This document shows, one piece after another, positions 10,188 through 20,255 of a DNA stretch of 64,000 nt. The stretch's first letter is position 1. Every line of letters starts with the position of its first letter. The notes beneath the pieces are model-generated. The model searched no databases. It was not told the DNA's origin and saw only the letters and a program-made list of their open reading frames with translations. The position numbers and the translations under genes are program-made. The DNA is from a virus: the IMG/VR virus record IMGVR_UViG_3300032224_000970, positions 95,684 to 159,683 of that record, one strand, 5' to 3'.

Positions 10188-10819
10188 TGAAATCATTTAC
10201 CACGTTTATAAAAGAAGCTAAAGATGCCCAAGGGCATGGCTCAGAGAAGCATGGAGTAATGGCATTTGGACGTATGAATCCTCCAACTGCAGGACATGAA
10301 CAAGTTGTTAACAAGATGCATGAGGTTGCCAAGAAACATGGTGCAGATCACAATCTAGTTCTATCTGGCTCACATGATGCAAAGAAAAATCCACTGTCTC
10401 CAGAATCAAAAGTAAAGCATGCAAAGAATGCTTTCCCAGGAACTAATATCTCCTCTGCTAAAAAAGGAGAAACACCACTACATGCTGCTGCTAAAATGCA
10501 TGCCTCAGGTGTTCAACATTTACACGTAGTTGCTGGTTCAGATCGTCAAAAATCAACACATGATCTACTTCACAAATATAACAATGTGAAGTCTGCGCAT
10601 GGTCACTATAACTTCAAATCCATTACTGTTCATTCATCTGGTGATCGTGATCCAGATTCAGATGAGGGAACTGCTGGTGTCTCTGGTACTAAGATGCGTG
10701 AACATGCTTCAACTGGTAACAAGAAAGACTTCCATAAAAACTTACCATCGAAAATGAAGCCAGAGCATAGGGATGCTTTGTATCATGACCTACGTAGTTC
10801 TATGGGACATAAAGATTAA
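10187..10819 (+). CDS. cytidylyltransferase-like HxGH nucleotidyltransferase
   Basis: FGRMNPPTAGH, KNPL, VAGSDR, SGTKMR; MKSFTTFIKE|A N-terminus. Confidence 0.8.
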   Translation: MKSFTTFIKEAKDAQGHGSEKHGVMAFGRMNPPTAGHEQVVNKMHEVAKKHGADHNLVLSGSHDAKKNPLSPESKVKHAKNAFPGTNISSAKKGETPLHAAAKMHASGVQHLHVVAGSDRQKSTHDLLHKYNNVKSAHGHYNFKSITVHSSGDRDPDSDEGTAGVSGTKMREHASTGNKKDFHKNLPSKMKPEHRDALYHDLRSSMGHKD

Positions 10820-11622
10820 TGAGCGAACTAAGTGACTTCCTTAAACTTATTGCAGAGGGTAAGAAAACAGATCCAGTTGCAGTAAAGGCGAAAGAACAAC
10901 GAGAGTATATACAAGAAGTTGTTAAGGAAGATCTCGGATCATTGTTTAGTCAATTAGCGACACTTAAGAACAAACAAAAAGAAGTACAGGTTCAAGCACC
11001 AATCGTTGAAGAGGTGTTGATAGAAAGAATCTATACAGAACCACCAACTGAACCTATTCCCGCTGCACAGGTTCACTCTACTTCTGAGATCGATAAGTAT
11101 CTCACTACAAAATCTTTTCAACAACCAAACCCAGATAAAGTTTCTCCAGAGTTAAAGGCACTTACTGAGAAAGTTAAATTCTTAGAGCAAGCAATCGGAC
11201 GTATTGCTGCAACTGGTCCAGGATCTGGTGAAGTAAACCTTCGTTGGTTAGATGATGTAAAGCGTGACACTATCTCAGATGGTCGTTGGTTAAAGTATGA
11301 TGATTCTCTTAAAAAATTCGTATTCGATGAAATCAATCCTTACGAAGTAGTATATAATACAACTCATGTTACAACTCCAACCTATACTGTTCAGGATAAT
11401 GACTTTTATATTGGAGTCGACTACGCTGGTCCAGTAACCATAAATCTACCAGTATCTGCAAATTCTGGTCGTATGTTGATCATCAAAGATGAAGATGGCG
11501 ACGCAGAAACAAACCCTATTACTGTCCTCGGCACTGTTGATAATGATGCTGGTGGATTCATAATTCAAATTGATAATGGAGCTATTCAATTGCTCTACAG
11601 AAATGGCTGGAGAATAGTATGA
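10819..11622 (+). CDS. virion-associated protein
   Basis: GSGEVNLRWLDDV and YIGVDYAGPVTINLP...IIKDEDG beta-rich C-terminal domain seen in phage structural proteins. Confidence 0.5.
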   Translation: MSELSDFLKLIAEGKKTDPVAVKAKEQREYIQEVVKEDLGSLFSQLATLKNKQKEVQVQAPIVEEVLIERIYTEPPTEPIPAAQVHSTSEIDKYLTTKSFQQPNPDKVSPELKALTEKVKFLEQAIGRIAATGPGSGEVNLRWLDDVKRDTISDGRWLKYDDSLKKFVFDEINPYEVVYNTTHVTTPTYTVQDNDFYIGVDYAGPVTINLPVSANSGRMLIIKDEDGDAETNPITVLGTVDNDAGGFIIQIDNGAIQLLYRNGWRIV

Positions 11623-12230
11623 CATATTTGTTTACAAACAATCAAGAAGTTAAAAATGATATCGGTAATCCAATACCAGTTAGTGGTAATGTAAATGCTA
11701 CAATCACTGATGTCATTACAGTAATTGCTGAAGAACCAGCTGGTAGTCTATACTCATTTAATAATCATGCTACCAATGCTAGTCGTGGTTGGACATTGGA
11801 CAACACAATGCGTCCTGTAGTTAGTTTTCAAAATGGTAGTTCCAGTGCTACAGACTTTATTGAAATTCTAGAATACGAAATAGGCAACAACAATGCTAAT
11901 CAAAGTACTATTGTTTATGAGTGGTATGAAGGTCCATTGACCATTGCAGGCGCAGCTATACCTTCTTGGACCACGTTTGGTGTACACAGTCAATATCGTG
12001 TTTATCAAGATGTATACTCTAGTAATCAAGGTAACACCTTTACTGTTCCTGGTGGCACATACATGAGACATAGTGGCATTATTATTGGGAAAAACACTAG
12101 TGGGGATGAAGGTCCAGCTAGTATGTATGGTGGAGGAAGTCGAAATATGCTTACTCTTTGTATGAAACGAGTTGACAATGCTACCAAACTAGATGTGTGG
12201 TTTGCATTTACAATTAAAGAGCTAACATAA
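11619..12230 (+). CDS. putative virion structural protein
   Basis: 203-aa beta-rich ORF in late cluster, ATGA overlap. Confidence 0.45.
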   Translation: MTYLFTNNQEVKNDIGNPIPVSGNVNATITDVITVIAEEPAGSLYSFNNHATNASRGWTLDNTMRPVVSFQNGSSSATDFIEILEYEIGNNNANQSTIVYEWYEGPLTIAGAAIPSWTTFGVHSQYRVYQDVYSSNQGNTFTVPGGTYMRHSGIIIGKNTSGDEGPASMYGGGSRNMLTLCMKRVDNATKLDVWFAFTIKELT

Positions 12231-12282
12231 AATATAAAATGACTAAATAATAGGCTGGATTTTAATTTTATAGATGGGTCAT

Positions 12283-14475
12283 ATGAAGAACTACAGAGAA
12301 CTAATAAAAGAGTTACCGTCAAATCGATTAGTCTGCACCTTTGGTGAGTTTCAACCACCCACAGCTGCTCACGAATTTCAGGTTAAGGCAGTTAAGAAAC
12401 TTGCAGAAGAGTATCGTTCTGACTACCTAGTTCTAGTAACTTCATCATTAAAAGAAGATTATCTCCCAGCTGACAAAAAGGTTCAGTATATGAACCTGAT
12501 GTTCCCAGTAACGAATATCAAGATTACTGAAGGAACCATAGAACAATCCCTAAGAGAACTAAGCAGAAAATATAAAAACTTAGTTCTTGTCATCTCCGAA
12601 GATCTTACTGAGCACTATCAGAAGATTGTCAAAAAAGCAAATCTCCCCTCTATTGAAATAATCTCCGCTGGCGATACAGACCCAGACTCGAACAAACTAT
12701 GCGAGTCAGCCAAGAAAGGTGATTACACCAAATTCAAGAAGGGTTTACCTTCCAGCCTAAGAGAACTAGACAGTCGTCGCCTGATGAATGACCTTCGTCA
12801 GAACATGGGACTGGATATGGTTAGAGAAGAAATTAAGTTTACAGTTGATGATGTTAGAGATAAGTATTTCAAAGGTGAGATATATCATATCGGAGAGATC
12901 GTTGAATCAGATGACAGCGTATATCAAATTATCAAACGTGGATCAAATCACTTACTATTGCAATCAGAAGATGGTTCCAAGGTTAGTAAGTGGATACAAG
13001 ACGTTAAAACTTCTACGAGAGAATTTATGTTAAAAGAAGGCGTAATGCAACCAACAGGAACTGACCAAGTTATTCCCGCACCTACTGCTCCTGCAGTAAA
13101 TGCGAATGGAGTTAAGTATAAAGACTTCAAGAAAAAACTTGCAGGTAAAACACCAATGCCAGAGATCGATTTAGATGATCTTGATGGTGATGGAGAACAC
13201 GATCCCGACCATCCTTCTGCGCAAGATCAGATGGCAGTTGCAGCGCAAACTTCTATCGATAAAGCAGAACCAATCAGAGTAGTTGGTGGTTTAATGCATA
13301 GCCCATTAAATGTTACCGATGATAACCATCGTCGTCGTAAGATCAACTATCATCTTGGCGAAGAAACTATTGATGAAGTATCTTCAGAATTACTTGATCG
13401 TTACAAAGAAAAAGCAAAGAAGTCTGCAGATGACTTAGCCAGCAAAGGACAATACAAGAAGTCTACCAATCGCTGGATGGGTGTAATGAAAGCAACTGGT
13501 AAGCAGATTGAAAAGACAACTGCTAATATTAAAACCAGTTTGAATAAAGAAGAAACTGAACAGCTTGATGAAGTTAAATATGATAAAGAACATGTTCGTG
13601 ATCATATTAGCACTATGCATCCAACAGTATTCAAGAAACTGTATGGTAAGTCTAAAGAAGAGATGAAACAAACTATCACTTCCGAAGAAAAGAATTATGA
13701 AGAAGAACCAACTAACCCAAATATCAAACTTCGTTCAGGTGCATTGAAGCATCATGAGAAGGGTGTTAAGTTAGATACTGAAGAGGGTTGGGAAGATCAT
13801 AAAATGAAAGATCAGAAACAACCAGTATGGGGAACAGGTACTAAACCTAAAGAACCATTAAAGGGTGTTGATAAAGTAAATGCTGCAGGACAAGAACCAC
13901 ACCCAGAAGAGTGGGAAGACTATAAAAAGAAACCTGTTAAAGAAGCACAAGAACAAAACTTTACAGATCAACAGGTAGAGCTGGATGATCTAAACGATGA
14001 AGAAATCAATCGTATGGTTGACTCTATCAAAGATGAGAACGATGTTATGGATGCATATGATGATGCCGAGTTCGGTATTGTTGATGACGAAAGTGGCGAA
14101 GAGATTCCTGAGGAAGATAAAGCTGTCAAAGAAGAAACACTTAACGAAGTACTATCTCGTGCAGAGCGTATGCGTGCAAGAGTTCGTTTTGCAAAGAGTA
14201 GAGCCAAACGTGAACGTAGTGTAAAGTTGGCTTTGAAGAGATCTTCCAGCACACAAACTATTAACAAACGTGCACGTCGTCTTGCAATCGGTTTAATGAA
14301 ACAGCGTCTACTACGTGGTAGAAATCCTTCTACTCTATCAGTTGGAGAGAAGGAACGTATTGAATCACAGATCGCAAAACGTAAAACTATTATTAATCGA
14401 ATCGCCATGAAGTTGGCTCCAAGAGTTCGCCAGATTGAGAAGGCACGTCTTTCTCATAAGAAATATACACAATAA
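12283..14475 (+). CDS. multidomain internal head protein: degenerate cytidylyltransferase domain + modules + basic prohead-core-like C-terminus
   Basis: FGEFQPPTAAHE (degenerate HxGH); EETIDE, EQLDE, ETLNE linkers; Arg/Lys-rich C-terminus. Confidence 0.6.
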   Translation: MKNYRELIKELPSNRLVCTFGEFQPPTAAHEFQVKAVKKLAEEYRSDYLVLVTSSLKEDYLPADKKVQYMNLMFPVTNIKITEGTIEQSLRELSRKYKNLVLVISEDLTEHYQKIVKKANLPSIEIISAGDTDPDSNKLCESAKKGDYTKFKKGLPSSLRELDSRRLMNDLRQNMGLDMVREEIKFTVDDVRDKYFKGEIYHIGEIVESDDSVYQIIKRGSNHLLLQSEDGSKVSKWIQDVKTSTREFMLKEGVMQPTGTDQVIPAPTAPAVNANGVKYKDFKKKLAGKTPMPEIDLDDLDGDGEHDPDHPSAQDQMAVAAQTSIDKAEPIRVVGGLMHSPLNVTDDNHRRRKINYHLGEETIDEVSSELLDRYKEKAKKSADDLASKGQYKKSTNRWMGVMKATGKQIEKTTANIKTSLNKEETEQLDEVKYDKEHVRDHISTMHPTVFKKLYGKSKEEMKQTITSEEKNYEEEPTNPNIKLRSGALKHHEKGVKLDTEEGWEDHKMKDQKQPVWGTGTKPKEPLKGVDKVNAAGQEPHPEEWEDYKKKPVKEAQEQNFTDQQVELDDLNDEEINRMVDSIKDENDVMDAYDDAEFGIVDDESGEEIPEEDKAVKEETLNEVLSRAERMRARVRFAKSRAKRERSVKLALKRSSSTQTINKRARRLAIGLMKQRLLRGRNPSTLSVGEKERIESQIAKRKTIINRIAMKLAPRVRQIEKARLSHKKYTQ

Positions 14476-14490
14476 GAGTAGAGGGTTAAT

Positions 14491-14937
14491 ATGAATGAAT
14501 TAGTAGCAGCAATGAGAATCGTACTGGCGAATAATTTCGTCATGTACTTCAGAGCGCATTCCTACCACTGGAACGTAGAAGGTATTGAGTTTAGCCAATA
14601 TCATGACTTCTTTGGAGATCTATACAACGAACTTTTTGGTGCTGCAGATACAATAGCAGAAGAGATTCGTGCCCTAGATTCTTATGCTCCAATTAGCCTT
14701 ATGGAAATGTATAACTATAAGACTATCGAAGAGGATAGTACCAGAACTGTCCTAATCGCTGATATGTTGACCAAACTACAAGATTCTAACAATAAAGTTC
14801 TCGAAAGCCTAAATAAAGCATATGAGTTAGCAAATTCCGCAAAGGAATTGGGTCTCGCAAACTTTCTCCAGGATAGAATGGATAAACATAAGAAACATGG
14901 TTGGATGATTCGTGCCAGCCTAAAGAAGGTTGGATAA
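14491..14937 (+). CDS. dps: Dps ferritin-like DNA-protection protein
   Basis: HSYHWNVEG...YHDFFGDLY...DTIAEEIRAL ferroxidase signature, KHGWM. Confidence 0.92.
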   Translation: MNELVAAMRIVLANNFVMYFRAHSYHWNVEGIEFSQYHDFFGDLYNELFGAADTIAEEIRALDSYAPISLMEMYNYKTIEEDSTRTVLIADMLTKLQDSNNKVLESLNKAYELANSAKELGLANFLQDRMDKHKKHGWMIRASLKKVG

Positions 14938-14938
14938 T

Positions 14939-17380
14939 ATGAATTTTAAACAATTTACTGCAAAACTTAATGAATCCGCTACGGAGTTGGACAAACATAT
15001 ATCTGATTTTTCTAAAGGTGTTAAGTCCTCAGCTGCAAAACACTCTACATACAAAAGTGGTGGTGGTAAGATTCATAACATGAAGCATGTTGAAACTGAC
15101 TCTGATCATCAGAAAGTATTTGACCATCTAAAGAAGATGGGTTATAAAAAGACTTCTGGATATGATCCAAAGCCAAATCAGTTTGATATGCATCACAATC
15201 GTGATTCAATGACTTCAAAGAGCGATCCTGTTCACCATTCATCTGGTGTTTCTGCTCATATTGAACAAGAACATGGTGGTAAAATGAAAGTCCACTTTAC
15301 TCATCGTCATATGAAAGAAGAAGTAGAGTTAGACGAAGCAACTACTGGTGCTACTAAGTTGGTGCATACAAGAAAAGGTGCTGATGGTGCCAAGTATCAC
15401 ATTATGCAAGACTCTCCTACCGATTATTCTGTTCATAGAGAACATAAAGGTAAGACTACTCATATCGATACTTACAGTTCTTTACATAGAGCAAAGTCTG
15501 TTCTAGATAACGAAGTTAAAGAAGAAGTAGAGTTAGACGAAGCCACTGTTAATACTAAAAAGTATTCATGGGGAACTATGAAGACTGTGCATCATGGCGC
15601 TGACTTCTCAATTCCTTTACATCCTGAACATCACCAAGCTATCGCTAAGTTAAAAGATGAACAGGAACATCACTTCAAAGATGAAACAGGTCGTCATTGG
15701 ACTGCTCGTCGTAAGGGTGAAGATGTTCATTTCCAAGGTGCTAATGGTGGTAGTTCTACTAAAGTCCCACATTCAACTATGTCCGAAGAAGTTGAATTGG
15801 ATGAAGATATTTCTAAAATGTCAACTGACAAGTTGAAAAAACATTGGGATACTCATAAAGATCAAACTGGTGCATCACCTGTTTTCGCAGCCCAACTTAA
15901 AAAAGTTGCTAAAGAGTTGGCGAAACGTAAAGCATTAAACAAAGAAGAAACAGAATTAGATGAGGTATTAAATCCATCTATGGGTGCTGGCGAATACATC
16001 AAAGATTTTCAAAAATCTGATGCACCTCAATTTAAAGGTAAATCAAAGGAGAAAAAACGTATGATGGGAATTGCCGCATACCTACAAGCCAAACGTGATA
16101 TGAAAGAACAAGCACCTGTTGCTCCAACTATTGATAGAAAATATATCAAGGGAACTCCAGAGAACAAAGCGCATAAAGAAAAGAACAAACCGATCAATGG
16201 TCATCCAACCAATAAGATGAAAGAAGAAGTTGAAATGGATGAAGCATTTATCAATGGTCGTGAGTATGCATCACATGGTTTAATGCACCCTGATCATGCT
16301 AAGATGGATATTCATCAGCCAGCTAATCGAGAAGTTGACTTCTATGCTAGTAAAACTGGCAACAAGATGTCTGGTAAAGTTATGAAGAATGATGGTAAAC
16401 AAGTCCACATTCAAGCACATAAGGAACTGGGAGATGGTAAATTGCATAAATTTAAAGTAACGCCACACTTACCAAAATCAACTAATGAAGAAGTTGATTA
16501 TATTGAAGAACTGAATAGTTCTGATATTGCTAAAATCCATAGCGACGCAGCAGCGCATCATGCAGCTACCCTTGCAAAGAAACCTGAGCAAAAACCAAAA
16601 AGCATGTTGGACAAAGTTAAAGATACTTGGGCAAAAGCAGACCCAAAGAAATATAAGAAGTATTACGCCAACGAAGAAACTAAGAAGCAAGATGCTCCAT
16701 TTGATGGACCATATAAAAAGACTCCAGGTTCTACTACCGACAAGTCTGGTGCTGTTCATACACCAATGTCACGTGCAAGACATCTAGCACGTATGGCTAT
16801 GCAAAAGAAAATGAAAGAAGAGTTTGACGTAGAGATCGATGACGCATTAGCAGATTCATTGGTTGAAACTGTTCTTGATGAAAACATCTGGTTGGATGAA
16901 AATCTTGTTGGTGGTCAAAAGAAACTTGACAAAAACAACAATGGTAAACTAGATGCTGAAGATTTCAAGAAACTACGCAAAGAAGAAAAAGAATGTCCTG
17001 ACTGCCACAAGCCAATGAGTAAGTGCGAGTGCAGTATGAATGAGTCAATTGACTTTGATGATGAAGGTAATTTGGTTGTAGAGAAAATTTCTTACTCCAA
17101 CTTCATCAGAAATCTTCAAGAAATTAAACTATCCGATCTTCCAGTTCGTAAAGTAACTGGTCGTGCTTATGGCGGTGGCGCACAGAAAGATGCACCTGAG
17201 CATGATGAGGATGATGACAAACCGAAAGCGAAACCAGAACCAGCTGAAAAGCGTGGTCGTGGTAGACCTGTTGGTTCTAAATCTGGCGCCAATCAAAAGG
17301 TAACGAGCGGAACTAAACGCAGCGGTGTTGACTACACTGGTTACAAATTACATCTGCCAAACACAAATAAATCTTATTAA
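14939..17380 (+). CDS. polyprotein-like internal head protein with repeated EEVELDE linkers
   Basis: Linkers KEEVELDE|A x2, SEEVELDE, KEETELDE, KEEVEMDE, NEEVDYIEE; EF-hand-like DKNNNGKLD; AT-hook KRGRGRP. Confidence 0.7.
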   Translation: MNFKQFTAKLNESATELDKHISDFSKGVKSSAAKHSTYKSGGGKIHNMKHVETDSDHQKVFDHLKKMGYKKTSGYDPKPNQFDMHHNRDSMTSKSDPVHHSSGVSAHIEQEHGGKMKVHFTHRHMKEEVELDEATTGATKLVHTRKGADGAKYHIMQDSPTDYSVHREHKGKTTHIDTYSSLHRAKSVLDNEVKEEVELDEATVNTKKYSWGTMKTVHHGADFSIPLHPEHHQAIAKLKDEQEHHFKDETGRHWTARRKGEDVHFQGANGGSSTKVPHSTMSEEVELDEDISKMSTDKLKKHWDTHKDQTGASPVFAAQLKKVAKELAKRKALNKEETELDEVLNPSMGAGEYIKDFQKSDAPQFKGKSKEKKRMMGIAAYLQAKRDMKEQAPVAPTIDRKYIKGTPENKAHKEKNKPINGHPTNKMKEEVEMDEAFINGREYASHGLMHPDHAKMDIHQPANREVDFYASKTGNKMSGKVMKNDGKQVHIQAHKELGDGKLHKFKVTPHLPKSTNEEVDYIEELNSSDIAKIHSDAAAHHAATLAKKPEQKPKSMLDKVKDTWAKADPKKYKKYYANEETKKQDAPFDGPYKKTPGSTTDKSGAVHTPMSRARHLARMAMQKKMKEEFDVEIDDALADSLVETVLDENIWLDENLVGGQKKLDKNNNGKLDAEDFKKLRKEEKECPDCHKPMSKCECSMNESIDFDDEGNLVVEKISYSNFIRNLQEIKLSDLPVRKVTGRAYGGGAQKDAPEHDEDDDKPKAKPEPAEKRGRGRPVGSKSGANQKVTSGTKRSGVDYTGYKLHLPNTNKSY
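15314..15543 (+). repeat. 26-nt direct repeat encoding KEEVELDEA linker
   Basis: AAAGAAGAAGTAGAGTTAGACGAAGC at 15314-15339 and 15518-15543. Confidence 0.85.
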
Positions 17381-17392
17381 GGAGAAACAAAA

Positions 17393-18667
17393 ATGGCATT
17401 ATGGGGAAACAAAGATAGTAAGACTGCTTCTGGTACTGTAAGCATCGCATCAACTGGTGTCGTTACTGGGTCTAGCACTTCATTTCTATCTCAAGCAAGA
17501 ATCGGTGATATTCTAACAGCGAATAGCGTTGAATATCAAATCGTAACTATTACTAGCAATACTGTTGCTAAAGTAATTATGGGACGCAACAATGGTAATG
17601 GATCAGTTACTACTTGTTCTGCTCAATCCTATACTCTATCTGAAAAACCAACATTCGTTCCACACGAATCACGTTCTTCAAGCAGCGACTCTGGTGATTC
17701 AGCAGTAGTATATGGTGTTGACGCTACTGAAGCAACTGCTGGTGGCGATAACGTCTCTGCAGTTTCTGTTGGTACTATCGCTGGTACTCGTTACCTTGGT
17801 ACTGCTCCAGCAGTAACATTCTCTGGTGGTGGTGGTTCTTCTGCTGCAGCTACTGCAACTATCTCTGGTGGTGCAGTTACAGCAATTACTGTTACTAACA
17901 CTGGTACTTCTTATACTTCAGCACCAACTGTTACTGTTGCTAAACCTGCTCGTATTATTCCTACTTCTGGTATCACTATTGGTACTGATACTGTTGCTTA
18001 CACTGCACACGGCTTAGTTGCTGGTGAAGCAGTTAAGTATAACAATGGTGGATCTACTACAGCTACTGGTTTAACTTCTGGTACAACTTACTATGTGGCT
18101 ACTGCTGGTTTGACTGCTAACGCATTCGAAGTTAAAGCAGCAACAACTACTGGTACTCTTGCAGCTACTGTTGCTACTTCTGGTACTGCTGGTCAATTTA
18201 CTTGCGGTGCTTCTACTCTTGCTGCTTCTGATCGTGTTACTATCACTGGTACAAATACTGGTACAGGTACTATCACTGGTTATGCATCTGGTACAACTTA
18301 TAAAGTTTCTGCAGTTACTGGTACTTCACCAAGCGTAACTGGTTTCACTTTAACAACTGAGGCTGGTTCTGCTTTAACTACTACTGCTGGTACTTTGGTT
18401 GGTTTGACTTATACAACTGAAACAGTTATCGATATCTCTGGTACTGGTAACAATGCTCAGTACTTTGAAATCCAAGCTGCAGCTGATCAAGCAATCGCTA
18501 CTGCTGCACTAGGTGATGGTGCTGTTGGTGGTTCACAGCATGCTGGTTGGGTTCGTCGTACTGTTGGTACTGGTGGTCGTGCTGGTCGTGTTCAGTATGA
18601 AACTTTAGTTGCCATGGGTTCAATCACTGGTGACGCAGCTGACGATATCGCTTTCAAAGATAGTTAA
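17393..18667 (+). CDS. Thr/Gly/Ala-rich virion structural protein
   Basis: MALWG N-terminus, HAGWVRRTVGTGGRAGRVQYETLVAM C-terminus, strong codon bias, AAGGAG SD. Confidence 0.75.
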   Translation: MALWGNKDSKTASGTVSIASTGVVTGSSTSFLSQARIGDILTANSVEYQIVTITSNTVAKVIMGRNNGNGSVTTCSAQSYTLSEKPTFVPHESRSSSSDSGDSAVVYGVDATEATAGGDNVSAVSVGTIAGTRYLGTAPAVTFSGGGGSSAAATATISGGAVTAITVTNTGTSYTSAPTVTVAKPARIIPTSGITIGTDTVAYTAHGLVAGEAVKYNNGGSTTATGLTSGTTYYVATAGLTANAFEVKAATTTGTLAATVATSGTAGQFTCGASTLAASDRVTITGTNTGTGTITGYASGTTYKVSAVTGTSPSVTGFTLTTEAGSALTTTAGTLVGLTYTTETVIDISGTGNNAQYFEIQAAADQAIATAALGDGAVGGSQHAGWVRRTVGTGGRAGRVQYETLVAMGSITGDAADDIAFKDS

Positions 18668-18680
18668 TAAATACTATGGA

Positions 18681-18709
18681 GAGGGGAGAAGTCCTCCCCT
18701 CATTTTTTT
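18681..18709 (+). terminator. intrinsic terminator
   Basis: GAGGGGA/TCCCCTC stem followed by T7. Confidence 0.8.
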
Positions 18710-18721
18710 ACAATGGAGTGA

Positions 18722-18928
18722 ATGATGTTGGATGAAAATACTATTAATGTTGAGATAGATGCATTAAAGAAGGAACATAGCAAAAAGATGGATCTTCTTC
18801 AGCAATTACGTAACAGTATTGCACAAACTGAAGCTGAGATTCATCATTTAAGTGGTGCTGTTGCTATGTGTGAAAAATTATTAAATATGACCAGTGATAA
18901 AGTTGACAATGCACGAAAAGTTAAATGA
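18722..18928 (+). CDS. small coiled-coil protein
   Basis: GGAG SD, heptad pattern. Confidence 0.55.
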   Translation: MMLDENTINVEIDALKKEHSKKMDLLQQLRNSIAQTEAEIHHLSGAVAMCEKLLNMTSDKVDNARKVK

Positions 18929-19286
18929 GAATAATTTCTTAATCTATGCAATGCATCATTATGATAATCCGCAGTGTCATAGTCTCGAGGAATTTGAAGA
19001 AGATTTAAAGAAGTTTGTTTATCTGAAGAAACTTCTTTCTCGTTATAAAAAAGATAACGAGCTACGAGAACGATTGATACTGAATCATATTATAGTTTTA
19101 TATAATGTGTTCGGAGACGCTGCTACTAATATGATGTTTTATAAGATTGATGAATCGTGTTGGGATACTCTAATTACTTTTCTGGTGTACTTAGAAAGAA
19201 TGCCAGAGGAACTTGCTGAATACTCAATCAAGTTATCAGATTATATGTTGGATGAACGAGTTATTTCTAGTCTAAGGAAAATATGA
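18909..19286 (+). CDS. conserved T4-like phage hypothetical protein
   Basis: YAMHHYDNPQC...LRERLILNHIIVLYNVFG motif. Confidence 0.7.
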   Translation: MHEKLNENNFLIYAMHHYDNPQCHSLEEFEEDLKKFVYLKKLLSRYKKDNELRERLILNHIIVLYNVFGDAATNMMFYKIDESCWDTLITFLVYLERMPEELAEYSIKLSDYMLDERVISSLRKI

Positions 19287-19819
19287 GTCGCATTGTTGAC
19301 AACTTAATTGCCTTTCGCATACTGCAGAAGTTAGTAAGACCATTCAAAGATACGGATGCTTACCGACTTGGCATTATCGATGATAAGGGAAAGAATCTCG
19401 TAAAGAGTAATACATTTACAACATCCGATCAACGAGATGCGTATACTTACCTAGATCGTTTAGTGTTCAATGTAAAGAAACTAATCAATCGTCTTCCAGG
19501 TGGCGAGAGCAAGATGAAGAATCTTGTTGCTGCGCTTTGGTTGATAAAAGAATATTATGAGAAGAATGATAGAAGCACTTCTCTAATGGCAGAAAGATAC
19601 ACTAGGATCCTCGAGAAAATTGATGATGGTGTTGTCTTAGTTGAAGAAGAAATTACAGTAAAGAAATTTCTTCAAAGTTTAGAAGAAGATGGTGCAGTAG
19701 GTGGTGTTGCTAATGTAACAGGCGCAGCAGTATCAACTGACCAACCAAAAATTGATAAGAAGAATATCAAGAAGTATCAAATGATGGCAAGGAGAAAACC
19801 AATAAATGTGGGTGCTTAG
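19283..19819 (+). CDS. conserved T4-like phage hypothetical protein
   Basis: PFKDTDAYRLGIIDDKG motif. Confidence 0.7.
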   Translation: MSRIVDNLIAFRILQKLVRPFKDTDAYRLGIIDDKGKNLVKSNTFTTSDQRDAYTYLDRLVFNVKKLINRLPGGESKMKNLVAALWLIKEYYEKNDRSTSLMAERYTRILEKIDDGVVLVEEEITVKKFLQSLEEDGAVGGVANVTGAAVSTDQPKIDKKNIKKYQMMARRKPINVGA

Positions 19820-20255
19820 TTTCATACCCGATTCTCTTTTATATTTTGCAGTACTATCAATTTTATTTGCTGGTATTGCGCTTTATGCCGTAAGTTTCTT
19901 CACAAAATTTATACCTCCATTAATTCCATATTCAAGTGGTACCAGAATACTTGGTACCATTTTAACCATAGTTGGTGTATACTTCTATGGCAGTTACGCT
20001 ACCGAAGAAGAGTGGCGTAGTAAAGTAAGCGAAGCACAGGCTAAAGTAGATGCTGCTGAAGCCGAATCTAAGAAGGTCAACACTGTTATTCAGACAAAGG
20101 TTGTTGAGAAGGTTAAGTTAGTCAAGGATGTTCAGGTTGTAATTCAAGAGAAGATCGTTGAGAAAGAAAAGATTATTGATGCTGAGTGTAAAGTTGTACC
20201 AGAAGCAATAGATTTATTAAACGAAGCTGCGAAGCGACCAGAGGTTAAGAAATGA
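19806..20255 (+). CDS. Rz-like inner-membrane spanin
   Basis: N-terminal TM segments, periplasmic coiled coil, C-terminal Cys; overlaps o-spanin. Confidence 0.7.
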   Translation: MWVLSFIPDSLLYFAVLSILFAGIALYAVSFFTKFIPPLIPYSSGTRILGTILTIVGVYFYGSYATEEEWRSKVSEAQAKVDAAEAESKKVNTVIQTKVVEKVKLVKDVQVVIQEKIVEKEKIIDAECKVVPEAIDLLNEAAKRPEVKK

